IMG/VR virus record: IMGVR_UViG_3300027757_000029
Location: 1-24,219 of that record
DNA length: 24,219 nt
Strand: one strand, 5' to 3'
Source: a virus
Lineage: Duplodnaviria; Caudoviricetes
Part shown: positions 18,962 through 24,219 of the stretch, piece by piece
How positions within the stretch are numbered: position 1 is the first letter of the stretch
Layout: every line of letters starts with the position of its first letter
Notes under the pieces: model-generated
Told to the model about the DNA's origin: nothing
The model's input: only the letters and a program-made list of their open reading frames with translations
The model's database searches: none
Position numbers and translations under genes: made by a program

Positions 18962-18986
18962 TAAAGGTATGAAAAATTTTTTCATA
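18962..18986 (-). promoter_or_regulatory. Putative portal/late promoter -7 element (TACCTTTA) overlapped by a 19-bp palindrome
   Basis: TACCTTTA (18962-18969, minus strand) is one mismatch from the Bacteroidota TAnnTTTG consensus. TATGAAAAA-T-TTTTTCATA lies at 18968-18986. Confidence 0.5.
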
Positions 18987-19018
18987 ATAAACTTAAGTAA
19001 AAAAAATAGATTTTAAGC

Positions 19019-19054
19019 AAAAAAAATGAGGTAACTTTTGGAAATTACCTCATT
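19019..19054 (-). terminator. Rho-independent terminator downstream of terL
   Basis: Minus strand AATGAGGTAATTT-CCAA-AAGTTACCTCATT (13-bp stem with one G-U pair) running into a T8 tract. Confidence 0.85.
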
Positions 19055-19102
19055 CTAACCTTTAAAAGCCCTTTAACGCTTTTTATATCTTGCATGACTT
19101 TG

Positions 19103-19135
19103 CAAATATATAAAAAAATTTGATACTATCTCAAA
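19103..19135 (-). promoter_or_regulatory. Bacteroidota sigma-A-type promoter (TTTG-N21-TATATTTG)
   Basis: -33 TTTG at 19132-19135, a 21-nt spacer, and -7 TATATTTG at 19103-19110 give a full match to TTTG-N19-21-TAnnTTTG. Confidence 0.7.
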
Positions 19136-20583
19136 ATACTACCCATAAACCTACGTTTGTTAGGTTTTAGGTCAAAGAAAACCCTCATGAAGATGGCATC
19201 TCTGTAATCCGGGGAGCGACCTATGTCTTGTTTTATATCACTCTTGCTTTTACAGTCCAACTTACCTATGTCATTAAGTTTGGAATGTATTTGGTCAAGT
19301 TCTTGCTTAATATCACTTCGTTGTTTTTCACTCAACTCACACATTATCCAAATCTTTCCTTCGTTGATTATCCGTGCAAGATGGAATAAACATTGTACTT
19401 GAAGGTTTTTATAGTTTTGATTGTCACCTTGTTCTCTTATAGGTGTCGCATTGTTTATAAACGCCTTGATACCTGTGTTGTCAATAACACCCCCACCAAC
19501 ACCATCGGCATCACCTACGCACCTATTTTTGGGTATGTGATACTTTAACCTTAGTTGAGTTATAAGTAGTTGTATATCGGTTGTTTTGGAAACGTCAAAA
19601 GTTTTTAATTCTATAAGTCTCCACCCTCTCCAAACACAAATAACGGCTTTATCACTACCAAAACGTGCAATATCCGCAGTTATGAAAGTTTGTCCTTGAG
19701 GAACGTGGTTATTGGAGAATATTGCCTCAATCATTTCATAATCACATAAGGCATTTGGATTATCTTCATATTCCCAATTCCCTTTAAACAATCTCTCAAA
19801 TGAAGCCTTGTCCTCTGAAGCCAAACGTCTTAAACTCTCAACATAATCTTTCTCGATAAAAGGATTTTCAGTAACAAGACACCCAAGGTATCTTTTGTGT
19901 GATTCAATTGTGCCTGCTTTATCTTTATCGTAGAATTGTGTTTTAGTCCAGTTCTTTTTAGGATTCCCTGACATAAACATCATCTTCTTTATGCCGTACT
20001 TCTTATTTAAGTGCCTACCTATCCTTGTTCTAAGCACGATATAGGCTTGAGGGTGTATTTCACCAACCTCTTCCATCCAACCTCCCGTATACTCGGTAGA
20101 ACCTACTCCCTCAAACATTGGGTCACTAGGTTTATAGCTTACCTCAATAAGGTTGATGTGTGAGCCGTTACCAAATTGAATGAAGTGTTTTTGTCCGTTA
20201 AACTTGTAGTCTGAGAACCCATAAGTGTCGCACACTTTCTTGAAGGTTACATAAACCGAATCGATGATGTCTTTAAGTTCTTTACGAGCAACAAACCAAC
20301 GTGTTCCGGGATAATTAATACACATAAACAATAGCCAACAACACCCTGTCCATGTTTTAGCCCCACCAGCGGCCCCACCGTACAGAAACTCCTCTACAAT
20401 ATTAGCCGTTAGTATTTGAAGAGCCTCTTCTTGCTTTAGATGTGTGCATATTTTACCATCTTCATCTTTACCTGTAACAATAAAATTAAAATCCTTTGAT
20501 TTAAAGAGTGCGGATCTAATATCTATAGGCTTCAGTTCTGAGACTAAATTCTGTATCTTCTGATTTTCGGGAGTAGTATCCAT
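19126..20583 (-). CDS. terL: Terminase large subunit (485 aa)
   Basis: Walker A-like LYGGAAGGAKT, Walker B GGWMEEVGE, coupling motif MSGNP, and RNase H-like nuclease motifs TADIARFGSD and SPDYRDA. Confidence 0.95.
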   Translation of the reverse strand: MDTTPENQKIQNLVSELKPIDIRSALFKSKDFNFIVTGKDEDGKICTHLKQEEALQILTANIVEEFLYGGAAGGAKTWTGCCWLLFMCINYPGTRWFVARKELKDIIDSVYVTFKKVCDTYGFSDYKFNGQKHFIQFGNGSHINLIEVSYKPSDPMFEGVGSTEYTGGWMEEVGEIHPQAYIVLRTRIGRHLNKKYGIKKMMFMSGNPKKNWTKTQFYDKDKAGTIESHKRYLGCLVTENPFIEKDYVESLRRLASEDKASFERLFKGNWEYEDNPNALCDYEMIEAIFSNNHVPQGQTFITADIARFGSDKAVICVWRGWRLIELKTFDVSKTTDIQLLITQLRLKYHIPKNRCVGDADGVGGGVIDNTGIKAFINNATPIREQGDNQNYKNLQVQCLFHLARIINEGKIWIMCELSEKQRSDIKQELDQIHSKLNDIGKLDCKSKSDIKQDIGRSPDYRDAIFMRVFFDLKPNKRRFMGSILR

Positions 20584-20907
20584 TTATATTTTTATTTCTT
20601 CTTGAGTTAATGCAAAGTCGGTGCAATTTGGTGCATCTAAATCTACAATTACCCTAATGTCATTTTCTCTAACCTTACAGACTTTTGCAGTTACTCCTTT
20701 ATCGTTAATTACTTTTACGTCATAATGTTTACACCCTAAGCACCTAAAAGTACGTTTGGTAACATCGGTTAAAGTTAATTGCTTTAATAGGCTTTCTATT
20801 CTAATTAGTTCAACTGATATTTCTATTACATCAGTAGTCTTTGCTGTTTCTATGTTTTTTCTTAATTCTGCTATTCTGTTTATAATATCATTCCATTTTG
20901 TTATCAT
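20584..20907 (-). CDS. Hypothetical protein, N-terminal coiled coil plus Cys4 putative metal-binding domain (107 aa)
   Basis: CLGC...C...C pattern. Abuts the terL start. Confidence 0.65.
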   Translation of the reverse strand: MITKWNDIINRIAELRKNIETAKTTDVIEISVELIRIESLLKQLTLTDVTKRTFRCLGCKHYDVKVINDKGVTAKVCKVRENDIRVIVDLDAPNCTDFALTQEEIKI

Positions 20908-20909
20908 AA

Positions 20910-22421
20910 TTATAGTTTTAGTTTTTTTAGTATTTCATAAAGCACCGAAACGACGATACTATTACCTGCTTGTTTGTATGCTTGGGTGTCAGAAACAGTC
21001 CAATTGAAAGTCTCAGGAAAGTCCATGAGTCTAAAGCATTCACGAGGGGTTAATCTCCTAATACGTGTACCTACTTGATACTGCCCTGCTTTATCATTGC
21101 AATTGCCTCCACTACCCATTAGTGTTCTACCTAAACCTTCGGAATCATAGACTCTTCTTGAGAAGTCATTGTAGGTTTCATTTGGTAGCATTCCAACAAT
21201 CTTTAATTGGTCACTCGGAACTGTATAAAGCCCTGTTTTTGCTCCTTGTCCACCTCCACATCCCGTGATGGTAACACCTAATCCTTCTGAGGAATAAATC
21301 TTGCCACTTTGAGAGTTATTTATCTTTCCGACTTGTTTAATCGAATTATCTGTAGGGCATAAAGACGCATTAGCCCTAATAGTATTCGCAATATCATCTT
21401 CGGTCTTTGGCTTCCATCCAAAACCTGTTCCTTTATCTTCATGTCTGTCTTTGTGGCTTAAAAATCCTTCTATCATCTTATCGCTCAAGTAGTATTTCTC
21501 ATCTACGGTTTTAATTACATTCATACCTCTTGCCAACTTCTCATAATCTCTCGCTCCGTGGCACGATGCTATATCTTCAGGTGTTTTAATGTCTGAATGA
21601 AAGCCTTGAGATTCATTGGTTAGCCTACTTATTGCTTCCTCACTTAAATTGTATTTTTCATCAACACATTTTGGGTCTTTATAGTCTCTTGAGAGTAAAG
21701 CACCGCAAACGCCATTAGCATCTTGTATCATGTCCTTTTCTTGGGCAAAGTTTGAATTGGCTATCTTGTCTATTTTTTTATCAGAAAGATACTTATGGTT
21801 ATCACTATCCTCAAGGACATCTTTCAGTCTTTTGGTAAGGTGCATTGGTTTTGGGAAAGTGAAATCATTATCCTGATCATCACGGATGCCTATAATAAAA
21901 ATCCTTTCTCTATTTTGAGGCACTCCGTAGTGTTTCGCATTCAAAACCTTGTAGTAAATGTGGTAAGGTACGCTTTGTTCTAGCGGAAATATCACGGGAT
22001 TGCCATTTACAGACTTTCCACCAAGATAATCACACCATCTTTGGAAGGTTTTGCCCTCATCATCACTTAAAAGTCCTTTAACGTTCTCAAAAATGAAATA
22101 ACGTGGCTTATTTTTCTGAATAAACTCATGGGAGTTGTAGAAAAGCACTCCTCTTGTATCATCTTCCCCTTTTCTATGTCCAGCAAGGCTAAAACTTTGG
22201 CAGGGGGGGGAAGTCATGTACAAATCAAGTGGTTTTTTTGGAATTTTCCTCTCATAGACATCTTCCGGGAAGTCTTTTGGGGCAGGATAGTTGTGTAAAT
22301 AGGTTTCCCTTGCATACTTATCGATATCGCAAGCAAATATCTTCTTATAATCCTTTTCTAATCTGTTTAGGGCTTGGTTAAACGCACCAACTCCGCTAAA
22401 ATCGCTTCCTACTTCTATCAT
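20910..22421 (-). CDS. DNA (cytosine-5)-methyltransferase, probably multispecific (503 aa)
   Basis: Motif I DFSGVG, IV SPPCQSFS, VI FENVKG, VIII PQNRER, IX RRLTPREC, X QAGNSI. About 250-aa repetitive variable region. No cognate endonuclease in the window. Confidence 0.95.
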   Translation of the reverse strand: MIEVGSDFSGVGAFNQALNRLEKDYKKIFACDIDKYARETYLHNYPAPKDFPEDVYERKIPKKPLDLYMTSPPCQSFSLAGHRKGEDDTRGVLFYNSHEFIQKNKPRYFIFENVKGLLSDDEGKTFQRWCDYLGGKSVNGNPVIFPLEQSVPYHIYYKVLNAKHYGVPQNRERIFIIGIRDDQDNDFTFPKPMHLTKRLKDVLEDSDNHKYLSDKKIDKIANSNFAQEKDMIQDANGVCGALLSRDYKDPKCVDEKYNLSEEAISRLTNESQGFHSDIKTPEDIASCHGARDYEKLARGMNVIKTVDEKYYLSDKMIEGFLSHKDRHEDKGTGFGWKPKTEDDIANTIRANASLCPTDNSIKQVGKINNSQSGKIYSSEGLGVTITGCGGGQGAKTGLYTVPSDQLKIVGMLPNETYNDFSRRVYDSEGLGRTLMGSGGNCNDKAGQYQVGTRIRRLTPRECFRLMDFPETFNWTVSDTQAYKQAGNSIVVSVLYEILKKLKL

Positions 22422-22627
22422 TTTATAGTTGGTACTTTAGGAGTGCTTTTTCTAGCGTATTTCTTTCCTTTCTGTGCTTTCATGAAGGCTTTGATGCTTG
22501 CTTCGTTGTATTTATTGATTTCACTTTCCCTTCTTTTGTTTTCTTTGATTCCAATCAGAATAATAACGACAAGTCCGAAGACTATGGCGGCTATAGATAT
22601 GATTAATACTAATAAAGCGGTTTTCAT
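22418..22627 (-). CDS. Small single-pass membrane protein (69 aa)
   Basis: N-terminal hydrophobic helix LLVLIISIAAIVFGLVVIILIGI followed by a basic tail. ATGA overlaps on both sides. Confidence 0.75.
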   Translation of the reverse strand: MKTALLVLIISIAAIVFGLVVIILIGIKENKRRESEINKYNEASIKAFMKAQKGKKYARKSTPKVPTIK

Positions 22628-22842
22628 GGTTTGATGGTTTTTGGTTCAATAACTTCTATTTTTTTGATGTCCGTAGGCACTTTTCCTAATTTATACCCAA
22701 GCATAAACGCTTTCACCCATCTTGGGCTACCTTCTTTGGCTATAAGTGTTCTGAAACTTCCGTATTTTATTCCTATCCTTAGACAAAAGTCTTTAGCGGT
22801 AATACCTTCGTACTTTAGTACGGCTTTAAATTTATCTATCAT
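22624..22842 (-). CDS. Putative XRE/Cro-like HTH DNA-binding protein (72 aa)
   Basis: FKAVLKYEGITAKDFCLRIGIKYGSFRTLI fits the Cro/XRE helix-turn-helix pattern. ATGA-coupled. Confidence 0.6.
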   Translation of the reverse strand: MIDKFKAVLKYEGITAKDFCLRIGIKYGSFRTLIAKEGSPRWVKAFMLGYKLGKVPTDIKKIEVIEPKTIKP

Positions 22843-23069
22843 ATTATGTTTTTTTCGATTGCAGTTGCTACTACAGCATATTCGTTTACATCTCTACTAA
22901 GACCTAGTTTTCTTTTAATCCTCAGTTTATACGTCGATATGCTTCTTTCATCACTAGCACGATTACCTTTAGTTAAGATTCGTTTACGGATATCTTTAGA
23001 TTTTAAGCCTTTTTCCATTAGCACTAATACTTTAAATTCAGTTCTCGATAATTTAATTGGATTCTTCAT
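22839..23069 (-). CDS. Stand-alone LuxR/GerE-like HTH protein (likely start MKNPI at 23069, 76 aa)
   Basis: LSRTEFKVLVLMEKGLKSKDI...SISTYKLRIKRKLGL...VVATAIEKNII matches the LuxR C-terminal consensus (LS.RE..VL.L...G.S.KEI...TV.T....I..KLG). Confidence 0.75.
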   Translation of the reverse strand: MKNPIKLSRTEFKVLVLMEKGLKSKDIRKRILTKGNRASDERSISTYKLRIKRKLGLSRDVNEYAVVATAIEKNII

Positions 23070-23196
23070 CTTTTTTGTGGTATTTAATTTGTTTGACATG
23101 TGCATTAGTTGTGGTCACGGTTTTGTTGATTTTTACAATAGTGTCACCCTGATCATTTGTTGTTACTGTAAACCTCTTGGGATTGCTTAGTTTCAT
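23053..23196 (-). CDS. Small hypothetical protein (47 aa)
   Basis: MKLSNPKRFTVTTNDQGDTIVKINKTVTTTNAHVKQIKYHKKDEESN. A-rich upstream sequence; overlaps the next start. Confidence 0.45.
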   Translation of the reverse strand: MKLSNPKRFTVTTNDQGDTIVKINKTVTTTNAHVKQIKYHKKDEESN

Positions 23197-23290
23197 TTGC
23201 TTTGAATTTAAGTTGGATTAATTTAAGATTGAATGTGGAGGAAGCCACTTTGACTAGAGACCTAGTGCGTTTGCGTTTCTTTTTTTTCAT
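23153..23290 (-). CDS. Small basic hypothetical protein (45 aa)
   Basis: MKKKKRKRTRSLVKVASSTFNLKLIQLKFKANETKQSQEVYSNNK. First ORF after the terS terminator. Confidence 0.35.
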   Translation of the reverse strand: MKKKKRKRTRSLVKVASSTFNLKLIQLKFKANETKQSQEVYSNNK

Positions 23291-23373
23291 TGTTAAAGGG
23301 GGGTTATAATTAAACTGCAATATAGTAAATTATTTTATAAGTACACTATAATGTACAGAAAAGTTTATAAATC

Positions 23374-23404
23374 AAAAAAGCACCCAACTTAATGAATGCT
23401 TTTT
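23374..23404 (-). terminator. Rho-independent terminator downstream of terS
   Basis: Minus strand AAAAAGCATTCA-TTAAGT-TGGGTGCTTTTTT. The G-U pairs form only on the minus strand, and the stem ends in a U6 tract. Confidence 0.75.
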
Positions 23405-23467
23405 CTTAACTAAACCAACTAACTATAAATCGAAACCCATTTACCACAATGGTGTTCCAGGGAATAT
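23374..23467 (-). ncRNA. Candidate ~90-nt small RNA
   Basis: -7-like TAAATTTA at 23472-23479, a 5' hairpin at 23432-23458, a U/G-rich single-stranded linker, and a terminator. Confidence 0.4.
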
Positions 23468-23519
23468 CTGCTAAATTTACAAATTTTTTATGGATAAAAG
23501 CGGTTTAAACATTAAAAAG

Positions 23520-24095
23520 TTAGACTTCATCCGTAAGACTCAGAAGCATATTCAGTTGGACATTCGTAGCTTTACTTAAGTCAATCTTTACACCTTTTTG
23601 CTTATTGTCTTCCGAATAGAAGCCTATATGTTTATTAATCATCTCCATGGTCTTCACTTTGTCCATGAGTTTAATTTCGATAATAGTCTCTTCGACCTCT
23701 TCGCCTGGTTTTGCTCCACGAGGAAGGTATCGTGATGTTTTGCGTTTAAACTGCGAAATGCATCTGCGAAGATCAGGTGGTAGAGCCTTTAATTCTTCAA
23801 CGGTCAATCCCATGTAGTCCGTAATATCCGAAAAACTAAACTGAATCAACTCCCGAAGTACCTGCACAACGTCTATCTGAGCCTCGGCTCGCATAATCTC
23901 GACCTTAGACTGCATATAAGCCTTTATGCTATCCTTCTTAGATATCATGTTGAAGTAATTCGAAGCACCAGCAGATGTGATATCGGGCTTGTGTTTTAAC
24001 ACAGCTTTGTAACCAATGAACCCATTCACATAGTACTCATCTATAATCGCCTGGTCTATAGAAACCATCAAATTCTCTGAAACCTTATTTCCCAT
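23520..24095 (-). CDS. terS: Terminase small subunit (SPP1/SF6 G1P-like, 191 aa)
   Basis: N-terminal HTH-like segment (IIDEYYVNG...KAV), IDVVQVLRELIQFSFSDITDY, and IKLMDKVKTMEMINKHIGFY match the Terminase_2 family pattern. Confidence 0.85.
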   Translation of the reverse strand: MGNKVSENLMVSIDQAIIDEYYVNGFIGYKAVLKHKPDITSAGASNYFNMISKKDSIKAYMQSKVEIMRAEAQIDVVQVLRELIQFSFSDITDYMGLTVEELKALPPDLRRCISQFKRKTSRYLPRGAKPGEEVEETIIEIKLMDKVKTMEMINKHIGFYSEDNKQKGVKIDLSKATNVQLNMLLSLTDEV

Positions 24096-24099
24096 AACC

Positions 24100-24107
24100 C
24101 AAATATA
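24100..24107 (-). promoter_or_regulatory. -7 promoter element TATATTTG 4 nt upstream of the terS ATG (possible leaderless mRNA)
   Basis: Perfect TAnnTTTG followed by GGTT-ATG. No clear -33 TTTG at canonical spacing. Confidence 0.55.
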
Positions 24108-24219
24108 GCAAATTCATCCATGCGAAGCATCCGATTTTTTTTCAAATTACCCCTTTTACAGAAAATGACACCATAATATTCAAAAAACACCAAAAAAAAA
24201 TAAAAGACAAAAAATTTTT

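Larger units (their letters stand above)
1..24219 (-). mobile_element. Tailed phage/prophage DNA-packaging, head and tail module (siphovirus-like, probable Bacteroidota host)
   Basis: Co-oriented, tightly packed terS...terL-portal-scaffold-capsid-connector-tail tube-tape measure-tail tip order. Long tape measure and no sheath gene. Bacteroidota-type promoters. No integrase or host genes in the window, so prophage versus free phage cannot be decided. Confidence 0.95.

Noticed and set aside
22418-22627. Membrane protein as a holin
   Set aside because: No endolysin or spanin nearby; a single TM helix is not sufficient evidence.
413-23190. All plus-strand ORFs in the track (e.g. 413..682, 1100..1363, 10437..10718, 22846..23190)
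   Set aside because: They are short antisense shadows lying within convincing minus-strand genes, mostly with non-ATG starts and no recognisable motifs.
23180-23196. ATGAAACTAAGCAATCC resembles the portal start ATGAAATTAAGCAATTC (both encode MKLSN)
   Set aside because: Only 15 of 17 nt match in AT-rich sequence, with little extension; likely chance.
23341-23356. Short inverted repeat GTACA-N6-TGTAC
   Set aside because: Arms are only 5 bp and I saw no second copy; insufficient to call an operator.
1-24219. CRISPR array, tRNA, integrase/att site, DGR template or reverse transcriptase, intron or intein
   Set aside because: No regularly spaced repeats, cloverleafs, recombinase or RT motifs, or split genes were seen by eye. 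TerL is of normal length.

Overview
The whole window is an AT-rich segment of a tailed dsDNA phage or prophage, probably a siphovirus of Bacteroidota/Flavobacteriaceae (inferred from TAnnTTTG-type promoters and a 'Q-rule' signal peptide). All credible genes are on the minus strand. Reading from high to low coordinates: small terminase; an inserted cassette (small ORFs, LuxR-like HTH, XRE-like HTH, membrane protein, C5-cytosine methyltransferase, Cys-rich protein); large terminase; portal; two small paralogous proteins; scaffold; major capsid; head-tail connectors; major tail protein; two tail assembly genes; tape measure; two large tail-tip proteins; a 120-aa fibre-like protein; and a fibre gene of at least 849 codons that runs off the left edge and is missing from the ORF track. 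Highlights: (1) this fibre-like protein starts with a textbook Sec/SPI signal peptide (S-F-G|Q), implying a virion-type fibre exported from the cytoplasm; (2) the methyltransferase has about five tandem TRD-like modules and a C8 tract at its catalytic motif; (3) the portal carries a DnaJ-type CxxCxGxG zinc finger; (4) compact promoter/short RNA/terminator units follow both terminase genes; (5) a SprB-like repeat sits in a tail protein. All calls come from motif recognition and synteny; no database searches were run.
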